Positions 10,586-20,211 of a stretch of DNA of 48,978 nt are shown here, one piece after another. Source of the DNA: a virus (Duplodnaviria; Heunggongvirae; Uroviricota; Caudoviricetes). Both the position numbers and the translations under genes were made by a program. The stretch lies in the IMG/VR virus record IMGVR_UViG_2518285548_000002, positions 64,001 to 112,978 of that record; one strand, given 5' to 3'. The stretch's first letter is position 1, and each line of letters starts with the position of its first letter. The notes under the pieces are model-generated. The model searched no databases and was not told where the DNA came from. It worked only from the letters and a program-made list of their open reading frames with translations.

Positions 10586-12352
10586 ATGTCTGTAAGAATT
10601 AACCAGTCTCATACGGATTTACTCAAGAGCCATAAAGAGCTGACCGACATTGGAACCCGAACACATGAGGAGATCGACTCTGCTCTTGCTGAGTTGGAGG
10701 TTGCCCGAGGGTCTGAGCTAAGCCTTGGTAACCGTATAGATGAGATCGAAACAACAGCGAACGACAACAAGACATCAGTGAACGACCATGAACAGAGGAT
10801 TACTGATCTTGAGACTCAGGTCGCTACCAACACGAACCACATTGAGACAGCGGAGAAGGATATTCTCAACATTGCGGAGGACGTGTCCAATCTTCAGACA
10901 AGCAAAGCCGATCACGAGAAGCGGCTTAGTCTTGCTGAGACTGAAATCAAGGGAGCGCGGGGAGCGAAAGTGTCCATTGCTGACCGATTTGATACCTTAG
11001 AGGATTATATCGAAGAAGTAGCCAAGCAACCGATCACCGACCTCAGTGTTACAAACCCCGTGTATCAGGATGCGACCAACAGTGTTCGAGTTACGATTCA
11101 GGCAGGGCGGGCAAGCATTAACAAGGTCATTGTCGATAAGTTCACTCAGACATTTGATGTCCCGAACATTGCGGCGAATACTTCTTACTACATCTTCCTT
11201 CACGAGAATGGCTCCTATTCATACAGCACAGACAGCCAAGAGCCACAGGATGCCATCATCATCGGCGGGATAGACGTAGGTCTTTCTCCTACTACTTCCC
11301 TGACTCCATTGGACTTCAGGTATTTCCTTACCAAAGGCTCATTGGAGAATGACCTCAGTAATCTTGAGCAGAGAGTGACCGATCTCGAAACGGAGATTGC
11401 AGATCATGCCACTGTGATCAGCGACCACGGAACCGCGATCACAGACCTGGAAACATCTCTGACTGCGGTGGAGACCGAGCTAAAGGACTCACGCGAGGAT
11501 AAGAACGGTGTTGTGTACGATGCGTTGAAGGACAGGCTCGATAACATGCAGAGCCGCCTGGAACTTGCGGAGAGCCGAGGAACGATGGAGCACCAGTCAG
11601 TATTCCATTTCACCTCGCCACCTGATGTAAGGCTGAAGCCACAGAGGGACTTCACCATCCCCAAGTACGTGATCGGCTCCAACTCTGCTGAGGTGTTTTT
11701 GGACGGTATCCGCATGGACGTAGGTGATGACTACATCGAGTATAGCGATACCGTAATCCGCTTTACATTTGATGTTCCGAAGGAAGCACGGGTGACTGTG
11801 ATCGGCAGGGGTTCGATCATCAATACGACCTCCGTCAAGGATTACACTTACTACCCTGACGGTAAGATCAAAACTGAGACAATAGTCGGGGGTATTAACC
11901 GTACTGTGGAGTACTTCTATGACGCTGACGGTAATCTTGAACGTCAGTCGATCTTGGAAAGTAACGGTCAAAGCAAGAGTATCGAGTACCAAAGAGATTC
12001 TGAAGGGAAGACCCTGCGTGAGATCAACAATGGTGCAATGTACTATGTCTTGCAGGGAGGAGCTACCTATGACGACACCGATGTTAAGAGGAGATTAGCG
12101 CTCCTTGAGGGGGCGGGAGTCGAGCTTGATATCATATACAACTACTTTCCTAACGGGGATATTGAGTCAGAGGAAATCTACTCTGTAGATGTTATTCCTC
12201 AGCTCTTAAAGAGAACCTGCTTCACCTACAATACTGATGGTAGTGTTGAAACAGAGACATTGATTTACGATGGTCAAGGAGTTAAGAAAGCCTTCGAGTA
12301 CGATGGCTCGGGGAATATCAAGGGAGTTAAAATTAGAAAGGTCGTGATATAA
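10586..12352 (+). CDS. Putative tail fibre/spike protein: coiled coils plus C-terminal YD-like repeats
   Basis: Heptad coiled-coil segments, AR...SL..R(I/F)D motifs, and repeats such as YTYYPDGKI, YFYDADGNL, YNYFPNGDI, FEYDGSGNI. Strong RBS. Confidence 0.65.
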   Translation: MSVRINQSHTDLLKSHKELTDIGTRTHEEIDSALAELEVARGSELSLGNRIDEIETTANDNKTSVNDHEQRITDLETQVATNTNHIETAEKDILNIAEDVSNLQTSKADHEKRLSLAETEIKGARGAKVSIADRFDTLEDYIEEVAKQPITDLSVTNPVYQDATNSVRVTIQAGRASINKVIVDKFTQTFDVPNIAANTSYYIFLHENGSYSYSTDSQEPQDAIIIGGIDVGLSPTTSLTPLDFRYFLTKGSLENDLSNLEQRVTDLETEIADHATVISDHGTAITDLETSLTAVETELKDSREDKNGVVYDALKDRLDNMQSRLELAESRGTMEHQSVFHFTSPPDVRLKPQRDFTIPKYVIGSNSAEVFLDGIRMDVGDDYIEYSDTVIRFTFDVPKEARVTVIGRGSIINTTSVKDYTYYPDGKIKTETIVGGINRTVEYFYDADGNLERQSILESNGQSKSIEYQRDSEGKTLREINNGAMYYVLQGGATYDDTDVKRRLALLEGAGVELDIIYNYFPNGDIESEEIYSVDVIPQLLKRTCFTYNTDGSVETETLIYDGQGVKKAFEYDGSGNIKGVKIRKVVI

Positions 12353-12703
12353 GTGGCACATACTGTTCAGGACGTGAAATTTGCTCTACATTCGATCATG
12401 GATAAGTTTGTAGGGAATAACCAAGAGCATTATACGAGCGAAGAGATTAGTGTAATAATCTTTGCTTTTGAGAGTAATATACTGTTTGACGGTGTGGCAC
12501 AGAAGTTCCTGCCATCACTTCGGAATCTTCCTAATATTCCTGATGTTGTGTGGGAGGAGAATGATACGGAGGAAGACATCAAGATGAAGACAGACACAAG
12601 GGACGAAAAGATTAAAGAGCGGAGTGACATGTTGAAGGTTATCCTCCTCACAGTTTTTAAGACAAGTATGCTACGTGAGTTGAGTATTAGATTCGGAACC
12701 TAA
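12353..12703 (+). CDS. Hypothetical protein (tail module)
   Basis: 116-aa ORF abutting the upstream stop codon; GTG start. Confidence 0.6.
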   Translation: MAHTVQDVKFALHSIMDKFVGNNQEHYTSEEISVIIFAFESNILFDGVAQKFLPSLRNLPNIPDVVWEENDTEEDIKMKTDTRDEKIKERSDMLKVILLTVFKTSMLRELSIRFGT

Positions 12704-12719
12704 AGGAGGTTGTGTACAT

Positions 12720-13772
12720 ATGGCTGAAAATATTCTTCTAGGTGGCTTGAGGAGGTATGAGTTTTACTCCTACTGTTCCGACTTCCCCCAGGAACTAAAC
12801 AAGGTAGTTAACCAGGACTTGTATGGAGATATTCATTGGAAGTGGACATATATTCCCGATAACCCATACGCAAAACCAAAGGCATCGAACAGTTCACATA
12901 ATAGCTACCCTAATGAAGGAACTATTACAGCGCAGAATGTTAAAGACCCTAGTCTTTTCTTCACCATCTGCTTGAACTACAGTTATTTCTATAGTAACTC
13001 AAAGTATCCAAAAAGGAATTATGTGCTTAGGACTGGTTTTCGTAACAATGGAGCGGATGTAAAACCCGACCTGTTCACGGATGTAGGGGCAATAACAGAA
13101 ATCCCTTTTCACGTTACCACTGAAAGTACGAGTACCAGTGATTATTTATATAATGTCTACTTCAAGTGGTCTCTTCTCATTACCGACAGGTACATCTTTC
13201 TGTACGGGGAGCCACAGACCTACCAAGGGATAGCAATTCCTGTAAGAATATACTTTGGGCGGTTAAAACCATTTGAAGCTGAAGACCCGTTAATAGCGAA
13301 TGACTTCGTAGGAGTATTCTCTCACTACCCTTGTGGTTTAAATGACGCAAATGACGAGCTAAAGTACCGAGCAGGTCGTGGGTATGTACGAAGCTCAAGA
13401 AACGGAACAAAAAACGCACTGTATCACTTCGCTACCAGTTCTCAAGTACCGTCACCAGGGGTGGGCGGTAGATTCTTCATATCGCCTTTCTACGTATGGC
13501 ATGCGACCGAGGGGGTTCGTGGAGAGTTTCAAGGAGTTAGGACAGCAGTGCTGAAGGACGCAAGCAAGTACCCTGATGGCTCCATCTTAGACCTGGGAAC
13601 CGAGCGTTACCATGTGTTCCATGCCTTTAGTGAGTCGAACCCTGACTCCTATGAAGGGTGGTATGCAACAGATGGTAAATACTACAAAGGACAACCCTAC
13701 TTCTTCGACAGCCCGCTCCTTCTTGGAGGAGGTCAGAGGGTTCTATTATTCGAGATCGAACGGGAGGTGTAG
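12720..13772 (+). CDS. Putative virion structural protein, paralogue 1 of 3
   Basis: RBS AAGGAGG. Shares PSPGVG.R...PF.V.H..EGVRGEF and KYPDGSILDLG with the next gene. Confidence 0.65.
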   Translation: MAENILLGGLRRYEFYSYCSDFPQELNKVVNQDLYGDIHWKWTYIPDNPYAKPKASNSSHNSYPNEGTITAQNVKDPSLFFTICLNYSYFYSNSKYPKRNYVLRTGFRNNGADVKPDLFTDVGAITEIPFHVTTESTSTSDYLYNVYFKWSLLITDRYIFLYGEPQTYQGIAIPVRIYFGRLKPFEAEDPLIANDFVGVFSHYPCGLNDANDELKYRAGRGYVRSSRNGTKNALYHFATSSQVPSPGVGGRFFISPFYVWHATEGVRGEFQGVRTAVLKDASKYPDGSILDLGTERYHVFHAFSESNPDSYEGWYATDGKYYKGQPYFFDSPLLLGGGQRVLLFEIEREV

Positions 13773-13776
13773 ACCG

Positions 13777-14727
13777 ATGACTATGATTCGCAGGTACGAG
13801 TTTACTTGTCAATTAAGCGTATTCGCTCAGAATCTTGTGGATGCCCTAAAGGATACTGACCCCTACTGGGGTGCTTTATACTCCACAAACACAGACTATG
13901 CTAATTGGGGTAACGCCGTACTAACCAACAAGAAAGCTCCTAAAATGCGGTTCACAATAAGTATGTATGCTCATAGTTGGGGTGTCAGCATCAGGTGGGG
14001 GATGGTAAACGATGGAGAAATCAACCCGAAGCCAGACCTGTGGGTTAGCCCTCCTAGTGGGGTTGACAAGTTCCAGACGGAGACCCCTCTAATGTGCTAC
14101 AGCAGTCAGTACAATATTAAACACAAATGGACAGTTATTACAAATGAGGGCATCATGTTCCTTCATGGTGAAGTCCAAGACTATCATACCTATGGGTACC
14201 CTGTACGAATTTTTCTTGGTCAGTGTCAGGCTCTTGAGAAGGAAGACCCTGCAATTGCCGATAAATTCTACGGCATATTCCCTCACATGCCTTTTGCGCT
14301 GAATCATGATGATTATGCCGATCAGTATGACACCTCGCGAGGGTTTGTAAGAACGTCCCGAAATGGCACCCCTAACCAAATGTATAACTTTGGAACAGAG
14401 TCACTTCCTTCCCCTGGGGTAGGTAAAAGATATTATGTGACTCCATTCATGGTGTATCACCCTCAAGAAGGGGTACGTGGTGAGTTCAAGGGGATGAGTT
14501 CTATAGTGTTCAAGGATGGTGCTCAGCACCCTGACGGTTCCATATTGGACTTAGGAGTTGACGGTATATACTACGTGTTCCATGTGGTTGATCAAAACTA
14601 CCCTAACCAAGATCAAGGTAGATATTACTACCACTCAGGGGGTAGTAGAATGAGTTCCCGTCCTAAATTCTTTCACGGGGCACAGTTGCTTGGCGGTGGT
14701 CAGAGAGCTTTGCTATTCAAAATCTAG
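13777..14727 (+). CDS. Putative virion structural protein, paralogue 2 of 3
   Basis: True start is probably the ATG at 13777 after GGAGGTG; C-terminal half is collinear with 12720-13772. Confidence 0.65.
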   Translation: MTMIRRYEFTCQLSVFAQNLVDALKDTDPYWGALYSTNTDYANWGNAVLTNKKAPKMRFTISMYAHSWGVSIRWGMVNDGEINPKPDLWVSPPSGVDKFQTETPLMCYSSQYNIKHKWTVITNEGIMFLHGEVQDYHTYGYPVRIFLGQCQALEKEDPAIADKFYGIFPHMPFALNHDDYADQYDTSRGFVRTSRNGTPNQMYNFGTESLPSPGVGKRYYVTPFMVYHPQEGVRGEFKGMSSIVFKDGAQHPDGSILDLGVDGIYYVFHVVDQNYPNQDQGRYYYHSGGSRMSSRPKFFHGAQLLGGGQRALLFKI

Positions 14728-14743
14728 GGGGTGTTCTTGAGAC

Positions 14744-15535
14744 ATGGCAACATTTTCAGGTAAGGTTAAAATGAATGAACTATTCGCAAATATCGTGCAG
14801 GGGTTTAAGACAATAGTTGGCTCCCCTTGGTCTGTTTACTATGAGAACGCAAGCTCTATCGTGTTAAAGTCAGTAGGAACTTCAGGATCGGATAAGTTGT
14901 TCTTCCGACTTGAAGTAGGCAACACCAAAGATTCTACAGGCAATAAATTGGTTGTAGGGATTGCTGAGGATGCTATTTCCTCAGACGGAAGTGTGCCTGT
15001 AGATAAGGTTGAGTTTAAAAAGGACTTCCTATGCCACAGTGATCTTGTCGATACAAACCTTCTGATTGAGTACCAAGTATCGTTACAGGCTAACCGCATT
15101 ATCATCTACCTCCAAGGTGATGTTAACTCAGTTACGGGTATCGCAAATCTAGGTTATTTCGGGATTCTGAACAGATACGCTACTGAGACTGATTCATCAG
15201 CAATGGGTATTGGTCTTAGCTACTACGGTGATAACGGAATTAGGACGCTGAGAGATAAGGATAAACTGACAGTTAATAACATCTACGATGCTTACTCGGC
15301 TATGTTACCTGTTAACCCAGGTTGGGGTTCCTTGTACCACTTAGCCCCGCTGATTATGTGCAACGGGGTTGAGGGTGCGCGAGGAGAGATCATCGACATA
15401 TACGCTGTTCCGTCAGCAGGAGTGTCTTACGGTGATGAGATCAAAGTAGCGGCGAAGACGTACAAGGTTTACTCCTTATCAATTGGTGGTCAGAGCTTTC
15501 TTACGGGCGCTACTGTAGCCGTACTCATGACCTAA
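14744..15535 (+). CDS. Putative virion structural protein, divergent paralogue 3 of 3
   Basis: PVNPGWGSLYHLAPLIMCNGVEGARGEI matches the PSPG...P......EGVRGEF motif of the two upstream genes. Confidence 0.6.
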   Translation: MATFSGKVKMNELFANIVQGFKTIVGSPWSVYYENASSIVLKSVGTSGSDKLFFRLEVGNTKDSTGNKLVVGIAEDAISSDGSVPVDKVEFKKDFLCHSDLVDTNLLIEYQVSLQANRIIIYLQGDVNSVTGIANLGYFGILNRYATETDSSAMGIGLSYYGDNGIRTLRDKDKLTVNNIYDAYSAMLPVNPGWGSLYHLAPLIMCNGVEGARGEIIDIYAVPSAGVSYGDEIKVAAKTYKVYSLSIGGQSFLTGATVAVLMT

Positions 15536-15549
15536 GGCGGTGATCGTCA

Positions 15550-16110
15550 ATGGCTGTGCATAAGGGAAATATTGTGGGAACCGCCGCTAACGGTTCCCTT
15601 TATACTAAAAGTAGGCTTGCCACGTATTTCAGCATTGGCTATAACTTCGATGAACTCCCATCTGTTTACGATGGTAGAGAAATGTCATACAGCGTTGGTG
15701 AGCTAACCTCGATGTCCCATAACGTAGATATATACAGATGGGGAACATGGCGTGAACTGGATACACACGGGGATGACCTAGTGGGGTATATTACGGATAA
15801 GTATCAGTATGGGAAACGTGTTAAGGAAGGGCAGTCTATCTCGCTAAACTTAATGCCCATGGAGCACATATTAAGTAGCGTGAATGGTGTCGGGTTAATA
15901 AGAGAAAGTATCCGAGGGATAAGAGTCAAGGAGAGTTACGCAGGTAATGAATCAGTCATTAAAATCCTTATTCCTAAGCACCAGGATAACCTGATAGGAA
16001 AGACATGGGGGAATTGGACGGATGGTGGTAGTGGTGGTACAGCTATAACACATTTACGTCCTCGTAGGTACCCTGATACACACATCCCGAGAAGGAGGGA
16101 GGACACTTGA
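15550..16110 (+). CDS. Hypothetical protein (tail module)
   Basis: RBS GGCGGTGA; 186-aa ORF, overlap-coupled to the next gene. Confidence 0.6.
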   Translation: MAVHKGNIVGTAANGSLYTKSRLATYFSIGYNFDELPSVYDGREMSYSVGELTSMSHNVDIYRWGTWRELDTHGDDLVGYITDKYQYGKRVKEGQSISLNLMPMEHILSSVNGVGLIRESIRGIRVKESYAGNESVIKILIPKHQDNLIGKTWGNWTDGGSGGTAITHLRPRRYPDTHIPRRREDT

Positions 16111-16502
16111 ACAGAACATGGAAGCTGATTGAGGAGATGAGGAAAGTGTTCTTACCAGTATCGTTTAACTGGGAAGTCAAATATGTCGGTGGTGGGACGA
16201 AGGCGTTGGTCGCAATCCCGATGGAGCATCCGAGGTTTCTCATTAAAACACTGAGGGTAACCCCATCAAGAGAGACCAATGTGGAGCTGAACGTATTAAA
16301 CAGCGCGGGAACTACGCCAGAGATTCTGTACTTCAACAATGCCCAGTACTCCACGGGCAACTTCCTTGAAGGGATTTACGACATGATTGACCTTCCCTAC
16401 GAGGATGCTGATGGGACATCCACTCTTCACCTGTCTATTAAAAATCTGGGAACTGACGTTGCTGACTTCAAGATTGAGGTTACTGGTCTGACTACAAGGT
16501 AG
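16107..16502 (+). CDS. Hypothetical beta-rich protein (tail module)
   Basis: RBS GGGAGG, TTG start with TTGA overlap. Confidence 0.6.
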   Translation: MNRTWKLIEEMRKVFLPVSFNWEVKYVGGGTKALVAIPMEHPRFLIKTLRVTPSRETNVELNVLNSAGTTPEILYFNNAQYSTGNFLEGIYDMIDLPYEDADGTSTLHLSIKNLGTDVADFKIEVTGLTTR

Positions 16503-16513
16503 GAGGTGAAACC

Positions 16514-17428
16514 GTGGATATTGTTTCTTTCAGCAAGGCGGCGAAAGTCGAACGGGAGGTTAAGCAAGCTCGGGACTCCTATGCGTCCCTGGACAGCAGA
16601 TTGGATGCAGTATCTATTGGGAACGTAGTTTCCGTAAAACTGAAGACCGAGCTTCCCTCCAATGGAGAGATAGGAAGGCTTTACCTCGTTCGTCAGGACA
16701 GCGGTAATCAGAACAACCCAACGACCTACACCTACAGCGGTGGAGAGTACGTTAAGGCAAGCGGAGATCGTGTTTCCAATCATGCTGATAATGGAGCCTT
16801 AACGATCAATGGGTCTAAGACCGTGGTTTACACCCATCCTGACACTCACAGTGCCGACATCTTGACGGATGGCAACAGCAAGGTGGCAATGACGGTAGGG
16901 GAGAGGGATAAGCTCAAAGCAATCGAAGATGAAGCCAACAAGTACGTTCACCCTGATAACCACAGTGCCGACATGATTACGGACGGAGTGACCAACGTAA
17001 GCATGACTGTAGATGAACGAGCGAAGCTGAACGTGATCGACCAGTGGGATGCAATCAGCGACTTGGTTGAATACAAGGACGTTGTTACCTACTCCGCTTT
17101 TGATGGCGTGGGGAGGGTAGTGAGGCAGGTGGTCACCGACTACTATGTGGAGCAGAACGTCAAGGAGCCAATGCTTACTATACCTGATAACCCTGACGGA
17201 TTCACTGAGGGAGAATCTTTCCTGGTAACATCCATTGGGGAGATTTACCTCTTTGACGGTACTGACTTCGTGGTGCTCCCGACACTGGTAGACGTGGTTT
17301 ACCAATACGATGCGGCGGGGTTGCTTGAGAACAAGTCAATCTCGACAATGGGTGCCACTCCGACACAGACGCACTACAGGTACATCTACGATTCCAAAGG
17401 CAACCGCATAGCCGTTAAGAAATACTAA
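16514..17428 (+). CDS. Putative tail fibre-associated protein with duplicated HPxxHSAD repeat and C-terminal YD-like repeats
   Basis: RBS AGGAGGTGA; two 38-aa repeats; YQYDAAGLL and YIYDSKGNR motifs. Confidence 0.65.
   Translation: MDIVSFSKAAKVEREVKQARDSYASLDSRLDAVSIGNVVSVKLKTELPSNGEIGRLYLVRQDSGNQNNPTTYTYSGGEYVKASGDRVSNHADNGALTINGSKTVVYTHPDTHSADILTDGNSKVAMTVGERDKLKAIEDEANKYVHPDNHSADMITDGVTNVSMTVDERAKLNVIDQWDAISDLVEYKDVVTYSAFDGVGRVVRQVVTDYYVEQNVKEPMLTIPDNPDGFTEGESFLVTSIGEIYLFDGTDFVVLPTLVDVVYQYDAAGLLENKSISTMGATPTQTHYRYIYDSKGNRIAVKKY
16829..17040 (+). repeat. Two 114-nt-period direct repeats (YTHPDTHSADILTDG... / YVHPDNHSADMITDG...)
   Basis: Visible at both DNA (cacagtgccgacat in both copies) and protein level. 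Confidence 0.8.
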
Positions 17429-17456
17429 AGGACAGCTCAAGGCTGTCCTTATTTTT
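17428..17456. terminator. Intrinsic terminator between convergent genes
   Basis: AAGGACAGC-tcaag-GCTGTCCTT followed by ATTTTT. Confidence 0.8.
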
Positions 17457-18285
17457 GTGCTAATGGATGACGCATGACCGCACTTCGCGCCCGACTCTTA
17501 CTTACCTGGGCATATATCTTAGTGGTCTCAGGACTACTGTGCCCTAAGAGTTCTTGAATGTCGCCAAGATCTGCTCCGTTGTCTAGCAGGTGAGTGGCAA
17601 ATGAATGTCGGAATTTATGTGGGGTTATCCAGTCAAGACCTGCGGCACTTCTCCATTTGTTAACGATCTCGTTGATCTGCCGCTTGCCTAGGTGCCCACC
17701 AGTCTTAATACTAGGGAACAGCCATTCTTTTCCATGCTCTGCCGCTAGTGACTTCATATACCCAAGGGTACGAGGGAAGATAGGGACGATTCGTTCCTTG
17801 TCTCCTTTACCAACAACCCTCAGTTCACCCTTCCTGAAGTTGATCTCATCCACCCTAATGGAGCACAGCTCCTCTCTACGAATACCTGCCCCATACAATA
17901 CCTCGAAAACCGTGCGATCTCTCAAATTATCAATAATATCTAATAGTCTATCTATATCTTCTGCATCTACTGGTTTTGGTAACCTCTTAGGCTTCTTCAT
18001 GCCTTCTATGGATGCCGCAGGGTTGTATTTCATTTTTCCTTTACGCACTAGAAAAGTGTAAAAAGACTTAATTGCTGATAGCTTTCGACTTACGGTAGCA
18101 ACCCCGTCACCTTCAGCGCGACGGTGGGCGAGGAACGATGAAACATCTTCTGAAGTTATCTTCGTAATAGTCTTATCAATAAATGAAGTGAATTGGTTTA
18201 AATCCCTTCCGTAACCATCCACAGTGTTCAGAGCAAGGTTCTTCTCGTTCATCATGTAGTTGTAAAAATCCTCAAGTAATCTCAT
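17449..18285 (-). CDS. XerC/XerD-like tyrosine recombinase
   Basis: N-terminal SAM-like domain (NTVDGYGRDL); LYGAGIRREEL, GKGDKERIVP, HKFRHSFATHLL, LLGHSSPETTKIY give a complete R-K-H-R-H-Y catalytic set. Confidence 0.93.
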   Translation of the reverse strand: MRLLEDFYNYMMNEKNLALNTVDGYGRDLNQFTSFIDKTITKITSEDVSSFLAHRRAEGDGVATVSRKLSAIKSFYTFLVRKGKMKYNPAASIEGMKKPKRLPKPVDAEDIDRLLDIIDNLRDRTVFEVLYGAGIRREELCSIRVDEINFRKGELRVVGKGDKERIVPIFPRTLGYMKSLAAEHGKEWLFPSIKTGGHLGKRQINEIVNKWRSAAGLDWITPHKFRHSFATHLLDNGADLGDIQELLGHSSPETTKIYAQVSKSRARSAVMRHPLAQK

Positions 18286-18328
18286 GAAGGTTCCTCCATA
18301 TCACATAATTTGATCGCTCATAATCTTG

Positions 18329-18358
18329 AGTATAATCCTGATGATTCTTTCCTGTCAA
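18329..18358 (-). promoter_or_regulatory. sigmaA-type promoter for the tyrosine recombinase
   Basis: On the - strand TTGACA-N18-TATACT, upstream of RBS GGAGG; back-to-back with phage promoter copy 3. Confidence 0.7.
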
Positions 18359-18362
18359 CTAT

Positions 18363-18390
18363 TTAACACTCGCCTACCCGAGTCGTATAG
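18363..18390 (+). promoter_or_regulatory. Phage promoter motif copy 3 (replication operon)
   Basis: TTAAC-N16-CGTATAGAG. Confidence 0.8.
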
Positions 18391-18415
18391 AGCAAGTAGG
18401 GGGTGTGTATTTACC

Positions 18416-19456
18416 ATGGAGGAGAGATTCACAACAAGGTTTGCTTCATCCGAGAAAGAGTTTCTTACTCAGTTTGGAGTTAACTTTGGCTTCACCCAAG
18501 TTCACAGCAAGGTAGACAGATGTTATTTTCTTTCGAGTGATGCCAAGGCTCTCTACCACAATCTAAATCAGTATGCGTACAACGGTAGCAAGGAGTGCTT
18601 CCCGAGCCAAGCCCTGCTTAGAGCTGAACTAGGGTGGTCTAAGAACTCGGTTACCAAGTATGTCAAAGAACTTAGAGAGAAGGGGTTAATCAGTACTATC
18701 CGCAATACAGGGAGACCTTTGATGTACCTTATTGAAGAGCTTCATAAGGTTCCTGTAATCGCACACTCGGAGATAGTACACGAGGTTCGTAAAGAGTTGT
18801 TTGGTGCGGACGAGCGTGAGGTATTCACCAATGCCTTGGAAGTTTACAAGGTGTCTGGTGAGTTCGGGATCATCAGTAATGCTGATAACCCCTTGGATTA
18901 TCGAGAGATAGTTTTTCAATGGTTTGTACGGTTCAAGGGGGAGCCTAAATCGCAAGAGACTGTCGAGGTAATTGAAGAAGCTCCGAAGCCTTTAGCGCCT
19001 AGAAGTCGTCAAGTGACGATTGTTAATACAGAGGGCGTGGAGAAGGTTGGAGACCCTACAAAGCCTGAGAAAGGCAAGAAGAAGGGAGTCAGCAAGAACC
19101 CTGATGAAGCTCCAGTAGAGGACTGGAATACCAACCATTTCCGCACTTACTTCATGCGGCAGTATCAGAACAAGTACCATAATACCTACTCTTGGACAGA
19201 GGAAGACCAAAAGACGATGGGTAGGGTAGTAGGTTCCAAAGAGGATAACAACACTCTAAAGGAATCCATCGACAGATTTTTCAGCATTGACCAGTTCTCT
19301 CCTAAGACTGTTAGGTTGTTCGGTTCCACCAACACCCAGGCTGTTCTGGATGAGTTCTTTCGGACGGGTAAGCTCCCATGGTATATGACCAAGGATGAAG
19401 AGAAACCACGGCTAGAGGAGGACTCAAGCGGTGAGCAGTACGACTTATTTAGTTAG
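18416..19456 (+). CDS. Phage replication initiator-like protein with N-terminal winged HTH
   Basis: CFPSQALLRAELGWSKNSVTKYVKELREKGLI is a typical phage Rep HTH; it precedes the loader and helicase. Start placed at ATG 18416 after AGGGGG and downstream of the promoter motif. Confidence 0.8.
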   Translation: MEERFTTRFASSEKEFLTQFGVNFGFTQVHSKVDRCYFLSSDAKALYHNLNQYAYNGSKECFPSQALLRAELGWSKNSVTKYVKELREKGLISTIRNTGRPLMYLIEELHKVPVIAHSEIVHEVRKELFGADEREVFTNALEVYKVSGEFGIISNADNPLDYREIVFQWFVRFKGEPKSQETVEVIEEAPKPLAPRSRQVTIVNTEGVEKVGDPTKPEKGKKKGVSKNPDEAPVEDWNTNHFRTYFMRQYQNKYHNTYSWTEEDQKTMGRVVGSKEDNNTLKESIDRFFSIDQFSPKTVRLFGSTNTQAVLDEFFRTGKLPWYMTKDEEKPRLEEDSSGEQYDLFS

Positions 19457-19461
19457 GGGGA

Positions 19462-20211
19462 ATGAACGTGAAAGCGCCATATGAAGATTGTACAAAATGC
19501 TTGGCAACACCTTTCTGTAAACGGTATTCGGGAGAAGTGGTAACTCCTTCTTTCCCTGAGTGGTGTAACCCGAAGTTCCGATTGGACAAGGCACTAAAGC
19601 TATCTGAAATCCCTAAGAAGTTTCTGAAGGCTAACATCTACAACTATACCGTTGATGACGACAACAGGTACGTCTACGAAGGTCTCAGCGAATACATCCA
19701 TAACATCGTGGAGGAGGTTGAAGAAAACGGAACCAACTTCTTCTTCTGGAATACAGGTGCAGGAACAGGAAAGACATACAACGCTACAGTACTTCTGAGC
19801 CAGTACATCTACAAGACGTGCATGACAGGAAAATTCGACTTTGAGAATCCCCTCGGGCTGTTCGTTAGCTACACCGATCTGATGGACGATTTACGTTATC
19901 GCAGAGATGACGAAAGTGTTCAGCGGCGGGTTGCGTTAATCAAAAAAGTTCCGTTCCTTCTATTAGATGATGTTGGCGCGGGTACAACATCGAAGTTCAC
20001 GGCAGAGCAAACTTACCTCATTGTCAACGAACGTTTCAATGAAGGGCTTGCTACGATTTGTACGTCAAACTTCAATTCTATAGCACTTCAACATGTGGAA
20101 GTATTAGGCAAGCGAACAGTATCTCGACTGATGTCGGACTGTGTGGGCATCCAGATTGAAGGAAGGGATAGACGAGTAGGTTCAGCTAAGGGGGTCATCA
20201 AACGTGCTTGA
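19462..20211 (+). CDS. DnaC/IstB-like AAA+ helicase loader
   Basis: Walker A GAGTGKT, Walker B LLLDDVG, IVNERFNEGLATICTSN; N-terminal Cys cluster. Confidence 0.88.
   Translation: MNVKAPYEDCTKCLATPFCKRYSGEVVTPSFPEWCNPKFRLDKALKLSEIPKKFLKANIYNYTVDDDNRYVYEGLSEYIHNIVEEVEENGTNFFFWNTGAGTGKTYNATVLLSQYIYKTCMTGKFDFENPLGLFVSYTDLMDDLRYRRDDESVQRRVALIKKVPFLLLDDVGAGTTSKFTAEQTYLIVNERFNEGLATICTSNFNSIALQHVEVLGKRTVSRLMSDCVGIQIEGRDRRVGSAKGVIKRA

Noticed and set aside
12720-14727. Similar C-termini of adjacent tail genes as a possible DGR VR/TR pair
   Set aside because: The differences are not adenine-specific, both copies are full genes, and no reverse transcriptase is present in the window.
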